Program-made: the position numbers and the translations under genes
The notes under the pieces: generated by a model
Database searches by the model: none
Seen by the model: the letters and a program-made list of their open reading frames with translations, nothing else
What the model was told of the DNA's origin: nothing
Shown here: positions 1-9,645 of the stretch, piece by piece
Position numbering within the stretch: position 1 is the stretch's first letter
Layout of the letters: every line of letters begins with the position of its first letter
Virus record (IMG/VR): IMGVR_UViG_3300032083_002558
Span: 3,903 to 67,902 of that record
Length of the DNA stretch: 64,000 nucleotides
Origin: a virus
Direction: 5' to 3' (one strand)

Positions 1-325
1 CTTCTTTTGATGAAAATGGTGGAGGTGATGATACACCACCAAATGATTCACTTAAATCACTATTTAATAAATAATCTCTTGACTTGTTTAAATAATTAGA
101 AGCCAATGTGATTTTATCTGTCCACCACGCTGGTAAAGAATCCTCTTTATCCATAGATTCTAATTTCTTCAATAATTCTTCAGAGTCTTCAATTGATAAT
201 TTTAACTTTCTAATAGCAGATGGAACATCAGTATGTCCGTCTTCATTGACTTTAAAAGGTTTTCTGTCTTTATCAGTATAAACCTTACCTTGTTCTATAT
301 CTTTTAATAAGTCTTGAAGTTTCAT
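1..325 (-). CDS. Partial hypothetical protein, probable head cargo/prohead core protein (runs off the window)
   Basis: Not in ORF track. ATG at 325 overlaps the upstream TGA (ATGA). Translates MKLQDLLKDIEQGKVYTDKDRKPFKVNEDGHTDVPSAIRKL...SLPAWWTDKITLASNYL, open to the window edge; shares the MxKLxDLL leader. Confidence 0.75.
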   Translation of the reverse strand, partial: MKLQDLLKDIEQGKVYTDKDRKPFKVNEDGHTDVPSAIRKLKLSIEDSEELLKKLESMDKEDSLPAWWTDKITLASNYLNKSRDYLLNSDLSESFGGVSSPPPFSSKE

Positions 326-597
326 CTATCTATTCCAATATATTTTGCTTTGTTTTTATTTAAAAATCTTTCTAAATCTTTTGTTCCTTTTGGATAATAA
401 TCATTTCTATCACCAATTAAATGAAACTCATTAAATCCATTATCATAAAGTTTAAATTTTTCATTCTTTATTTGAACTACAATTCTTTCTCTTTCATTCC
501 TTTTTGGTATAGATGATACCTCACCACCTGGCATATTCAAATACTTACCTTTCATTTTAAACTTTCCTTCTGATAATAAGTCTTTTAATTTAATCAT
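322..597 (-). CDS. Small basic protein with MIKLKDLLSE leader, probable head cargo protein
   Basis: ORF track; leader shared with other genes in the window; overlaps both neighbours. Confidence 0.7.
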   Translation of the reverse strand: MIKLKDLLSEGKFKMKGKYLNMPGGEVSSIPKRNERERIVVQIKNEKFKLYDNGFNEFHLIGDRNDYYPKGTKDLERFLNKNKAKYIGIDR

Positions 598-877
598 TTT
601 TCATAGCCGTTTTAATCTTTTGTATATCAGCCATAAGTTGTTGTGGTGTCATACCAGCAGCATCAATTACTTTATACAATATAGCAGCTCTTTTCATTCT
701 ATTCAAGTTTGCACCTTTCATAGATTGAACAAATTTATCTAAGAATCTATTTACAACTGATGGTAATTTGATTTTATCAAAATTAATTTCATTAAGGTTT
801 TCTTCCTTAATCATACCAGTTTCTTTACGAATCTCTTGATTTTGTTTTTTAATTAAATCTTTCATATTAATCATCAT
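590..877 (-). CDS. Hypothetical head-associated protein
   Basis: ORF with AGGAG RBS; MINMKDLIKK leader, LNE site, helical C-terminus. Confidence 0.65.
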   Translation of the reverse strand: MMINMKDLIKKQNQEIRKETGMIKEENLNEINFDKIKLPSVVNRFLDKFVQSMKGANLNRMKRAAILYKVIDAAGMTPQQLMADIQKIKTAMKND

Positions 878-883
878 ATACTC

Positions 884-1813
884 CTATTTTACAACTGCCC
901 ATAATGTGTTCATTAATTGCGTTGGACTTTTATATCCTATATCTGATAATATTTTTTTCATTTTAGGATTTACTTTTTTAAATACTTTTGTTAATAGATT
1001 AGCTGTTTGCATATCTACTGTTACTAATCCTTTTTTAGTGTTGTAACCATATGCTTGTTTATCTTTCATAACTCTAGCAGCAACATCAAATATTGTTTCT
1101 TTTGCTTCTGTAAGTTTTCCTTCAAGTTTAATTGCTTTAGCTTCTGGACTATTATATTTACCACTCTTTTTTAATTTTTTCACTAACATTTTAGCAGCTC
1201 TTTCGTTTTTAACTACTTTAATAGTTTCACGGCCACCATCTGTCACTACCCACATACCTTGTTTAGCCATTCTTTGAACTGCAGCTGATTGTTTTTCTTT
1301 GAGTTTCTTTTTAATCAAATGAGGACCTGCTGGTTCTTCACCTAATTCACCATTCTCACCATATCCACAAGTTCCTTCACCCAATATATCTTTAGCTTTA
1401 TCTGATAAATATTTTATATCTGCACTTGCTATTTGTTTTAAAACTTTCTTATCTGTTTTTTTCAATAATGTCACAATCTGTTGAACAAGTGGATTGTTAT
1501 CAGGTAAAGTTCCTTTCATATCCTTAAATGCTCTTTTTAATTGTTTGATGTGTGATGAACTAAATGGTATTCTTACTTCATTCATGTTAGCCAACTCTTC
1601 ACGAACCATTTTCTTAATCAAGTTTCTAACTTTCATTTCTCTTTTCACCTTGTTTGGTAATCCTTTGTGTTTTGTTTTTGCATATTTATCAACATCTTTT
1701 TTCTTCATTGACTTAGCAACTTTTCCAGCTTCACCCTCTTTAGGTTTATCACCTTTTTGCATTGACTTTACAACACCAAAAAATCTTTGTTGAGCTTTTG
1801 ATGATGCTGGCAT
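884..1813 (-). CDS. Modular basic protein, N-terminal DUF3008-like module, probable prohead core/cargo polyprotein
   Basis: N-terminus MPASSKAQQRFFG...SMKKKDVDKYAKTKHKGLP resembles DUF3008; modules separated by MNE/LGE/LKE/LTE sites; next to the prohead protease. Confidence 0.6.
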   Translation of the reverse strand: MPASSKAQQRFFGVVKSMQKGDKPKEGEAGKVAKSMKKKDVDKYAKTKHKGLPNKVKREMKVRNLIKKMVREELANMNEVRIPFSSSHIKQLKRAFKDMKGTLPDNNPLVQQIVTLLKKTDKKVLKQIASADIKYLSDKAKDILGEGTCGYGENGELGEEPAGPHLIKKKLKEKQSAAVQRMAKQGMWVVTDGGRETIKVVKNERAAKMLVKKLKKSGKYNSPEAKAIKLEGKLTEAKETIFDVAARVMKDKQAYGYNTKKGLVTVDMQTANLLTKVFKKVNPKMKKILSDIGYKSPTQLMNTLWAVVK

Positions 1814-2130
1814 TACATTAACTTTCTAAAATTCTTTTTATATTTTTTTGTGAAATCAACTATATTCTTTTTATAATTATCTAAAAAGTCAGCAGCTTCA
1901 TCATTTAATCCTTTTTTTCTTAAACTATCATATAAATCCAAATAAGACTTTTGTAATCCTTTTAAAGACTTATCTATATTTTTAGCGTGTTTTTTATATT
2001 CGAAAGCAGGGCCTTCATTTATATTAAACTCATCTTTGATAGATTCCAATACTTTATTCTGTTTAGGTTTGGATTCTTTTTTCTTCTTATCATTATATCC
2101 CATTAAAGATTTATAATCCATTTTACTCAC
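1813..2130 (-). CDS. Hypothetical head-associated protein
   Basis: ORF directly downstream of the protease; INE-G site followed by a helical domain. Confidence 0.6.
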   Translation of the reverse strand: MSKMDYKSLMGYNDKKKKESKPKQNKVLESIKDEFNINEGPAFEYKKHAKNIDKSLKGLQKSYLDLYDSLRKKGLNDEAADFLDNYKKNIVDFTKKYKKNFRKLM

Positions 2131-2746
2131 CCCTAAATATATCGTTAATTATATTTTCAATTTTACAATCGTGACAACACACACCATCTCTTGTTCCAAC
2201 ACCTTCGTGTAATTTACCTTCATTTGTTGGTGATAGAAATGCTCCGTGTGTAGATGGATTTGATACGAAATCAAATGCAATAAGTTCAAAGTCTGGTTGA
2301 ACCTCTACTGAATCATCTTCATTCATTTCTTTTACTGAACCTAATCCTCTCGATGATATACCTAATTTAATACCACTTTTAAATAATTCTTTTAAGATGT
2401 TTCCAGCTGGTGTACCAAGTACTTCAACTGTTCCCATTAAATCATTGTCTTTCCAATGCATTTCTAATATATTATGAGAAACATTGTTTAGATTCACCAC
2501 AGACGAGTCAGGATGGTCAAGTTCACCTAATGCTCTTCGTTCTTTAATTTGAATTTTTGAATATTTTTCGGCTTCTCGCATTAAAGTTTCTCGTGGATAT
2601 ACTCTTCCATTTTGATTCTTTGCTTCTGCTCTTTGTAATACACCTTTAACAACCAATCTTCCATCATTGTTTTTCATTGACTCATTGATTTGTTGAGGGG
2701 AAACCTCAAATGGTATATAATCTACTATTACTTGTTTTGACATCAT
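2123..2746 (-). CDS. Prohead core protease (T4 gp21-like)
   Basis: Motifs NQNGRVYP, RALGELDHP, LGISSRGLGS, DFVSNPS typical of T4 gp21-family proteases. Confidence 0.95.
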   Translation of the reverse strand: MMSKQVIVDYIPFEVSPQQINESMKNNDGRLVVKGVLQRAEAKNQNGRVYPRETLMREAEKYSKIQIKERRALGELDHPDSSVVNLNNVSHNILEMHWKDNDLMGTVEVLGTPAGNILKELFKSGIKLGISSRGLGSVKEMNEDDSVEVQPDFELIAFDFVSNPSTHGAFLSPTNEGKLHEGVGTRDGVCCHDCKIENIINDIFRGE

Positions 2747-2752
2747 TGTCTC

Positions 2753-3220
2753 CTATCCTATTACAAATTCTGCAGTTCCTGTTATCTCACCTGCTATTAC
2801 TTGCCAATTGTCACCATCATACATTAAAGTTACACTTCTTCCAGGAAGATTTGATGTTAAGGTATTACCAGCTGCAAAATTAGCTGGTGTGATAACTAAA
2901 TCATTACCGCCAAGTCTTGTACTATGTACTATTCTTTTTACTTGTCCTAAAATTCCATTAGCAAGTGATACATGTGTTCTAGAACCAGCAGAAACACACA
3001 ATGATGTTGTAGTCTTTAAAGATAAAGGTACAGCATTATCTGCACCATTACCTCCTAAAACTGGTCCCTCCAAATCTTCACCTGGTGAACCACTGGCGTT
3101 TTGTGAATCAGAAATTCCAGGGTCTAACGCAAATCCCAAAGCCTTTTTCTGTTTTGGTGTTAAACCAGTTCCATAGTCTGATGTTAATATTTGCTTTTTA
3201 CCTTGAAATAAAACTCCCAT
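2753..3220 (-). CDS. Putative virion structural protein, paralog of 3220-3672
   Basis: Shares KQILTSxYGTGLTxKQK and FAAGxTLTSN...LxxDGxNWQVxAGEITGTAExVI with its neighbour. Confidence 0.6.
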   Translation of the reverse strand: MGVLFQGKKQILTSDYGTGLTPKQKKALGFALDPGISDSQNASGSPGEDLEGPVLGGNGADNAVPLSLKTTTSLCVSAGSRTHVSLANGILGQVKRIVHSTRLGGNDLVITPANFAAGNTLTSNLPGRSVTLMYDGDNWQVIAGEITGTAEFVIG

Positions 3221-3672
3221 TATGCTATCACCATTTCTGCTGTTCCTGTTATCTCACCAGCAACTACTTGCCAATTTAAACCATCAAATAATAATTGAAC
3301 AGCTCTAGCAGCTGCATTTGAAGTTAAGGTATCACCAGCAGCAAAAATACTATCACCACCAATTCCATCCTCAGGTGTGATAACTAATGCATTACCACCC
3401 AGTATTGATTTATGTATAATTACTTTTAATTGTCCTTCAACACCCTTACCTAATGTTACATGTGTTGCACTAGCTTTTGTTGATACTAAAGACACTGTGG
3501 TTGTTGATGATAAAACTGTTGCATTACTTGTACCATTACCAGCGATTACAGTTTCAGTACTATAAACAGTCGGTTTTAATACCCAAGCTCTACTGAGTTT
3601 TTGTTTACTAGTTAAACCTGTACCATAACCTGATGTTAGAATCTGTTTATCACCATCTATTATTTTTGGCAT
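3220..3672 (-). CDS. Putative virion structural protein, paralog of 2753-3220
   Basis: Tandem duplicate; Gly/Thr-rich beta-type sequence; AGGAG RBS. Confidence 0.6.
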   Translation of the reverse strand: MPKIIDGDKQILTSGYGTGLTSKQKLSRAWVLKPTVYSTETVIAGNGTSNATVLSSTTTVSLVSTKASATHVTLGKGVEGQLKVIIHKSILGGNALVITPEDGIGGDSIFAAGDTLTSNAAARAVQLLFDGLNWQVVAGEITGTAEMVIA

Positions 3673-3682
3673 TTATAAACTC

Positions 3683-3988
3683 CTATTTCCAAGCATTTCG
3701 TTTCAACCATATATCTCTTAATATATCGCCAACAACATTTCTAATTAATTTTGTTATTTGTTTTAAATCTTTATCATCAATAGCTTCTTTTACAAATGTA
3801 AAACCAGTGCTCTTTTTAAATCTTTTTTTCTTTTTCTTTTCATCTTCTTTTGAACTAAAAGCAAATGGAGTTGAATATCCTGCAACATTACCAGTGGTGG
3901 TTATTTCTTCTAAACTTTCTTCGTCTAAAAGTTCAAGTGTTAGTTTTTTAACTAACTCTTTAAATAACTTTCTGTTTTTTATTTCCAC
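3683..3988 (-). CDS. Hypothetical head-module protein
   Basis: ORF between portal and protease; LEE-ITTTGNVAGYSTPFAF segment. Confidence 0.6.
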   Translation of the reverse strand: MEIKNRKLFKELVKKLTLELLDEESLEEITTTGNVAGYSTPFAFSSKEDEKKKKKRFKKSTGFTFVKEAIDDKDLKQITKLIRNVVGDILRDIWLKRNAWK

Positions 3989-4835
3989 TTTTTTTCACTT
4001 CCTTTACAAGTTCTAAATATCTCATTGTTTGAATAACATACTCATCTTTAACAACATCTGATTTATCATCAATACCACAGAATTTGTTAATGGATTTTAT
4101 AGCTTCACTCATTTTGATTTTTACAACTTTATCTTGTAAGTTTTTAGAATGTGTTTGTAAATCTTTCTTTAAACCTTTTACAATCTCTCTTAAAGTATCT
4201 TTTAATGAATTAGTATTAGATACATTGTTAATATACTCACGAAGTAGATTCTTTTGAGCTGAACTTAATTTTGTATATTTTTGATTAAATTTTTCTAAAA
4301 GGGTTCTATAAGTTAATATTCTTAAATCTTCATCATCTGGTAAAGTAGTAACAGTTTCTGATAACTTAATAGATTTGTCAGTTGTTGTCACATGTTCCAC
4401 AATATTAAAATGTGATTCTGTTTTTTGGTCAGGTGACAAAGATTTGTTATATTCAAATAATGTAAAAATAGATGCGTAAGTTTTATAATGTGGAACTTTA
4501 GAAGACATAAATTTCTGTAGATTATAATTAGATTGAATCTCTTTAATTAAATTATATCTCTCTCTTCTAAGTGTAGAATTATTTAAATCTTTTCTGGCTT
4601 TCATAACTTCATTAATGAAGTAATCAGCCTTTGTATCAGACTTAAATTTCTTTGTTATTAATATATTGTATAGAGCTAGTTCTTTACCCAACTCCGTGTT
4701 TTCGTTAAACTTTTCTTTAACGATTTTTACCGCTAGCCCATTGTCTTTATTTAGCACATCAGATGTAATCTGCCTTAGCAAAAATTCAAACAATAAACCT
4801 GTGTTGCGGATTTTATTGTGTTTAACTTTACGCAT
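3960..4835 (-). CDS. Hypothetical helical protein downstream of portal (head assembly candidate)
   Basis: 291-aa ORF preceded by the 15-bp intergenic motif; position in the head module. Confidence 0.65.
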   Translation of the reverse strand: MRKVKHNKIRNTGLLFEFLLRQITSDVLNKDNGLAVKIVKEKFNENTELGKELALYNILITKKFKSDTKADYFINEVMKARKDLNNSTLRRERYNLIKEIQSNYNLQKFMSSKVPHYKTYASIFTLFEYNKSLSPDQKTESHFNIVEHVTTTDKSIKLSETVTTLPDDEDLRILTYRTLLEKFNQKYTKLSSAQKNLLREYINNVSNTNSLKDTLREIVKGLKKDLQTHSKNLQDKVVKIKMSEAIKSINKFCGIDDKSDVVKDEYVIQTMRYLELVKEVKKSGNKKQKVI

Positions 4836-4876
4836 TGTCGAGTCCCCATTTTGTTTGGATACTATATATGTAATTA

Positions 4877-4891
4877 TTCATATATAAATAT
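4877..4891 (-). promoter_or_regulatory. Putative late promoter motif ATATTTATATATGAA (copy 1)
   Basis: Exact 15-mer (plus strand TTCATATATAAATAT) found in five intergenic gaps upstream of minus-strand genes. Confidence 0.7.
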
Positions 4892-4916
4892 AATGTTTTT
4901 TGTAAATACATTGATT

Positions 4917-6701
4917 TTATTCCTCTTCATCTAAAATAATTTCTTCATTTAACATAGATTTATCTAAATCTTTACCAAACTTATCTTTAAGTGAATTTAA
5001 TAAACCTTCTCTTGCAACAATCGTTCCACCTTTTGATGTAGCCAATGGAGAACCACCTTTAAACTCTCGTTTTCCATATCGTTCTGTTTTGTGTTTTGTT
5101 GCATCTTTTATATCTTTGGCTGAGTATTCATTACCAAATTCTTTCTTACCAGTTCCACTTCGTCTATCCCCACCATGTTCACCACTCTGTTCTTCCATAT
5201 CATCAGTTGGTTCTGTTCCTTCATCGGCTGGGTCTGTTCCCTCAGTTTCAATTTGTTCCATTCTAAATTGTTGTTTTCTATCTTCAATCACACCATTGAA
5301 TACATCAACTTTTTCTTCATCATTTAACTCAAAAATATTATCATATATCCATTGCCTTGAAAATAATTTGTTTTCAATCAAGTCATTAGCAATATCTTTT
5401 TTCTGTGTTAATAATTCTAATTTCTCTTGTTGATGTATCATTGATGGATTTGTTAACTCTAATTCAAAATTAATCAACTCAGCATCATCAAACCCTTGTG
5501 TGTATAAGTGAACAATAGCAATCTTTTCTAATTCAGCTACAATAATTTTTTGTAGTCTTTCAATTGTTCTTGCGAATCTAACATCTTCAGCTGCTAATGT
5601 AGCTTTTGAACCTACATTCTCATCATATCCCAAAAATGCTTTAGGAACTTTAAGAGCTGCCATCATTTTATTTTTTAAATACTCTACATCTTCAATTGCA
5701 CCATCATTACCCAAACCTGGTAAAGTATCAATTTGAGTTCCACTATCACCACCACGAACAGGTAAGTAATAATCTTCTGTTACGGATTCCATATTGTATT
5801 TTAAATTATATTCACCATTTGCATTCATCACAGGTGTCTTTTTCATTTTACCAATAATTTGTTGCATAAAGTTATCTACTTCATTTGGAGGTATATTACC
5901 AATGTCAACTTTGAATACTCTTTTCTCTGGTGCTCTCATCATACGATGAATCAACATAGCGTCTTCCATAAGAGTTAATTGTTTAAATACTCTTCTTGCA
6001 CCTTCTAACATTGATTTACCATAAGGTAAGTAATTTGTATCTGCAAGATTTCTGAAATGAGCAACTTCATAATTTTCGTGAACATCATTTGGTTTTGAAC
6101 TTCTTGTTGATTCTGAATATTGTTGAATTTCAAATTGAACTAATTTAGGATTACTTGGGTCATGTCCCTCTAATCTATTTACTTCATATACTGAAAGAGG
6201 TTTTACATTAACAACTCCGTGTTTATCCAATATATCTAAATGTAAGTAGAAATCACCATATTTAACCATATTTCTAATATAACTCCATAGATTAAATTCA
6301 ATGTTTATTATGTCATAAAATAAGTTATGTAAAATTTTATGGACTTTTGGATTATTAGTTTTAATTTTCATTATTCTGTTTTCAATATTATCAACCGTAG
6401 ATTCATCACAATAAATATCCAATGCTGATGATATGATTGGGTCTGCATCCATTAATTCATAATCTCTAAATAATTCTTTTCTAGCTACATCATACGCACT
6501 TGCATTTTGTTTGGCTTGATATGCTGAATTACCATATCCACTTGAATTAATTCTATTATATCTATCAATAAAATTAGATGTTAGTGCAGTTTGAGAAAAC
6601 TCGACATCCTTGACTTTTACTTGCCCGTCATTTGTTTTTCTAACTACAATTTGATTTTGAAATAATTTTCCTAATTTCTGTAATATATTTTCGTCTGCCA
6701 T
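4917..6701 (-). CDS. Portal vertex protein (T4 gp20-like)
   Basis: Motifs YGKSMLE, LMEDAMLIHRMMRAPEKRVFKVDIGNIPP, EDYYLPVRG, IDTLPG typical of T4 gp20. Confidence 0.95.
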   Translation of the reverse strand: MADENILQKLGKLFQNQIVVRKTNDGQVKVKDVEFSQTALTSNFIDRYNRINSSGYGNSAYQAKQNASAYDVARKELFRDYELMDADPIISSALDIYCDESTVDNIENRIMKIKTNNPKVHKILHNLFYDIINIEFNLWSYIRNMVKYGDFYLHLDILDKHGVVNVKPLSVYEVNRLEGHDPSNPKLVQFEIQQYSESTRSSKPNDVHENYEVAHFRNLADTNYLPYGKSMLEGARRVFKQLTLMEDAMLIHRMMRAPEKRVFKVDIGNIPPNEVDNFMQQIIGKMKKTPVMNANGEYNLKYNMESVTEDYYLPVRGGDSGTQIDTLPGLGNDGAIEDVEYLKNKMMAALKVPKAFLGYDENVGSKATLAAEDVRFARTIERLQKIIVAELEKIAIVHLYTQGFDDAELINFELELTNPSMIHQQEKLELLTQKKDIANDLIENKLFSRQWIYDNIFELNDEEKVDVFNGVIEDRKQQFRMEQIETEGTDPADEGTEPTDDMEEQSGEHGGDRRSGTGKKEFGNEYSAKDIKDATKHKTERYGKREFKGGSPLATSKGGTIVAREGLLNSLKDKFGKDLDKSMLNEEIILDEEE

Positions 6702-6711
6702 TTTTTACCTC

Positions 6712-8325
6712 TTATTTAATTAACCAAGTTAAATCTTCTTTTTCACCTACACCATTATCCATTTCATATGGATTTTTAGATGGTTGTCCAATAGAACCTA
6801 TTCCAAAACCTGCCGTGTGTTCCGATTTGTTTCCATTTGACTTCAACATTGAGTTCATTGTTGCCCATTGTTGGTCATTTTTGTCTTTCTGTAGTCTAAG
6901 AGCTGTATCTCTAACCCAAAGTGCTATTGAATAAGACATAACTAAGTCGTCATTGTAACCTTGCATTGCTTCTGCTTTTGATTGTGAAACTCCAGTCTTG
7001 TATATAAATACAAATAATTCATCAATTAATCGATTTGAGTGAAGTTTTACTAATTTTTCTCTTGTATATTCCTCCATTTTAGCTATTGCTAATGGACGAG
7101 TCTTTGCTGTTGTTGAAAAACCAGGCACCATATTTCTATCTTGTGCTCTGTATTTATTTGTAATGTTATGTTCCGTATCAACAACTTGTAAATCTTTTGA
7201 TTGATAGAATAGATTCTTATACCCTCTATCAATAATAGTTTGTATTGTAGCCCAACCGATATTGTTGTTCTCAACTACCAATAAAGCATCATTATATTTT
7301 GTTGCAACTTCAATTAAGAAGTTTCCATAATCCGTTGTACTCAATTGTCCTTTGTATTCAGCACATTGTTCCATATCTTCTACTTCAAATACTTGACAAG
7401 CAGAAAAGTCACTTCCATCACCACGAGCCACATCAGCAACCACTATATATTCTTTTGTATAATCAGGTTGTCTCCAAACCCACATACCTCTATCTATTCC
7501 AACTTCCTCTACAGGTGCTTCTATCATCTCATCTTTATACCATTGTAGAATTGCAGGGTCAACTACACTTCGTCCACTTGATAGAAAATCTGTATCACAT
7601 TCTTGAGCAGCTTGTGACGGCCCTAAAATCTTATCTTGTTCATCTCTCCAAACTTGGTCTCTTTCAGGATGGTCTGTCCAATGAAGTTTGATTGTATTAA
7701 ATTGATTCGTACCTTCCTCAGCACCTAACCATTGTTTATGAAACCAATTACCCACACCATTAGGTGTTGATAAAGCAATACATCCACCACCAGTTGATAG
7801 TGTTTGTTGAGCAGCTGTCCATATCGTATCAATTCTATCAATGAACGCCGCCTCATCAATTATCAAAAGAGATAATGCTTCTGAACGACCAGCAGATTCA
7901 TTTGAAGCAATTGCTTTAATCTGTGAACCATTTTTAAATCTTAATGATAATTTATTTATCTCTTCCGTTCCAGTCTTCAACCATTGAGGCATTCCCTCAT
8001 ACATCACTCTAACTTTTGTAACAAGGTTTTTAGCAGTTTCTTTACCTGTAGCAATAACAAGAATGTTCTTATCATTGTGAAATAACATCAACCACAAAGA
8101 GTATCCAGCTGATAAAGTCGATATACCTAATTGTCTAGCTTTTAAAATAATATTATAACGATTATCTTTAAATTCTGTTAAACACTTTTCTTGAAATGGA
8201 TATAAATCAAACTTCACCTTACCTTTTGTAGGATGTTGAATAGTACAATACTTTCTCATAAAATGTACCGGGTCAGATGCACATTTCAAGTATTCCCTTT
8301 GTATAGCTTGTTTTAAATCACTCAT
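6712..8325 (-). CDS. terL: Terminase large subunit (T4 gp17-like)
   Basis: Walker A KARQLGIST, Walker B LLIIDEAAFI, STPNG motif, nuclease VADVARG and DDLVMS. Confidence 0.96.
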   Translation of the reverse strand: MSDLKQAIQREYLKCASDPVHFMRKYCTIQHPTKGKVKFDLYPFQEKCLTEFKDNRYNIILKARQLGISTLSAGYSLWLMLFHNDKNILVIATGKETAKNLVTKVRVMYEGMPQWLKTGTEEINKLSLRFKNGSQIKAIASNESAGRSEALSLLIIDEAAFIDRIDTIWTAAQQTLSTGGGCIALSTPNGVGNWFHKQWLGAEEGTNQFNTIKLHWTDHPERDQVWRDEQDKILGPSQAAQECDTDFLSSGRSVVDPAILQWYKDEMIEAPVEEVGIDRGMWVWRQPDYTKEYIVVADVARGDGSDFSACQVFEVEDMEQCAEYKGQLSTTDYGNFLIEVATKYNDALLVVENNNIGWATIQTIIDRGYKNLFYQSKDLQVVDTEHNITNKYRAQDRNMVPGFSTTAKTRPLAIAKMEEYTREKLVKLHSNRLIDELFVFIYKTGVSQSKAEAMQGYNDDLVMSYSIALWVRDTALRLQKDKNDQQWATMNSMLKSNGNKSEHTAGFGIGSIGQPSKNPYEMDNGVGEKEDLTWLIK

Positions 8326-8326
8326 T

Positions 8327-8686
8327 TTAGTCCAATTGTCCTGCTAAATAAACAGTACTAGATGTAAAGAAGACACCACCAAAGAACCATAAATATCTAT
8401 TGTGATACCATTTTGGTTTTATGGTTTTAATCATATCTTCTTTGATTTTAATTTGTTCCTCATAAAGTTTTGCATTTTCATCACAATCATCTATGTATTC
8501 ATCATATTCTTGAACTTGACTTTCTAAATTCGTATAAGCACTTTCACATACTTCTCTTTTAAATTGAAGTTCTTTAATATTGTTTGTCATATTAATAACT
8601 TCTTCTTCTGAAAAACAAGTTCCTTCACAAATGTCTTGTGTGAATGAAAAACTTAGTAATAATATTAATAGTAATTTAGTAACCAC
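8327..8686 (-). CDS. Secreted/membrane coiled-coil protein, spanin-like candidate
   Basis: Start revised to GTG 8686 (GGAGGTGG RBS); signal-peptide-like VTKLLLILLLSFSFT, coiled coil, C-terminal hydrophobic PKWYHNRYLWFFGGVFF. Confidence 0.55.
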   Translation of the reverse strand: MVTKLLLILLLSFSFTQDICEGTCFSEEEVINMTNNIKELQFKREVCESAYTNLESQVQEYDEYIDDCDENAKLYEEQIKIKEDMIKTIKPKWYHNRYLWFFGGVFFTSSTVYLAGQLD

Positions 8687-9179
8687 TTCTACCACCTCCC
8701 ATTGAACCACCTGATGTTCTGGTTCTTGTACCACTTGTTCTACGCGTTGATGTTTGAGTTCTTGTACCACTAGTTGATGTTTGCATTCCTCCATTATTTC
8801 TTACAAATACATCTTGTTCATTACCATCCATTGTATGTTGTGTCATAAAATTGGAAGTTCTACCAATTGGTGTTATTGTATGATGGTGTAATTTAGTGTT
8901 CGCAGGAACTACATTTCCATTGCTATAAAAGTAATTACCATTACCAAAAGTTGAACCATCACCAACTTCAAATGGTGTAATAACATCCTTAATTACATTT
9001 TGATTTGTTCTGTTACCTCTTAGCTGTTCAAGTCTTTGTGATGTACCTTCAATTCCACCACCTTCTGTTGAAAATGGTTCACCGGCTATCATTATAACTT
9101 TACCACTGTAACTTACATCAGTTCCAGCTATTTTGTATGAAATATTATTTCCATTTGTATGTCCTGGTTCATGTGGCAT
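8676..9179 (-). CDS. Hypothetical protein with Thr/Arg/Gly low-complexity tail
   Basis: ORF with AAGGAG RBS; C-terminal TSTSGTRTQTSTRRTSGTRTRTSGGSMGGG. Confidence 0.6.
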   Translation of the reverse strand: MPHEPGHTNGNNISYKIAGTDVSYSGKVIMIAGEPFSTEGGGIEGTSQRLEQLRGNRTNQNVIKDVITPFEVGDGSTFGNGNYFYSNGNVVPANTKLHHHTITPIGRTSNFMTQHTMDGNEQDVFVRNNGGMQTSTSGTRTQTSTRRTSGTRTRTSGGSMGGGRSGY

Positions 9180-9484
9180 TATTTCTTCTCCTTACTAAAG
9201 TTTTTTAAGAAATCTTTAGCTTCTTTATTGGAAACTTTCTTTTTCTTATATTTTTTATTTTTTATTTCTTTAATAGCTTTTTTCCTATTTTCTAAACTCT
9301 TTTTAATTGCTTTTTGTGACTTCTTTTTACCCTTTAATGCATTAGAAACTCTTTTAGAATCTTTCTTCAACCCTTTAAGTTTCTCATCTTTTTTACCAGC
9401 ACTTCTACCTGATAAAAATGCAACAAGGATTCCACCACACAAAACAAAAAATCCTATAACATATTTTTTTATTTTACTAAACAT
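9179..9484 (-). CDS. Membrane-anchored Lys-rich coiled-coil protein, i-spanin-like candidate
   Basis: N-terminal TM (YVIGFFVLCGGILVAFL) followed by a basic coiled coil; follows the holin-like ORF. Confidence 0.55.
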   Translation of the reverse strand: MFSKIKKYVIGFFVLCGGILVAFLSGRSAGKKDEKLKGLKKDSKRVSNALKGKKKSQKAIKKSLENRKKAIKEIKNKKYKKKKVSNKEAKDFLKNFSKEKK

Positions 9485-9485
9485 A

Positions 9486-9635
9486 TTATTTACCGAAAGG
9501 TAATTTATCCCATACAGGTTTAATTACTGCATCGAATATAATATCGTCTTTTTTACTTGGAGATAATTTTACGATTTTTTCTAATGTATAAAATCCTAAC
9601 ATTATCCATTCCCAATTTGCCATCATCCAATCCAT
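9486..9635 (-). CDS. Small holin-like membrane protein (49 aa)
   Basis: Not in ORF track. AGGAG RBS; MDWMMANWEWIMLGFYTLEKIVKLSPSKKDDIIFDAVIKPVWDKLPFGK; fills the gap exactly; IVKLxPxKKDD resembles small phage holin-like proteins. Confidence 0.6.
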   Translation of the reverse strand: MDWMMANWEWIMLGFYTLEKIVKLSPSKKDDIIFDAVIKPVWDKLPFGK

Positions 9636-9645
9636 TTTACTTCTC

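Noticed and set aside
8687-8794. N-terminal extension of ORF 8327-8794
   Set aside because: It overlaps the low-complexity tail of 8676-9179; GTG 8686 has an RBS and yields a signal peptide.
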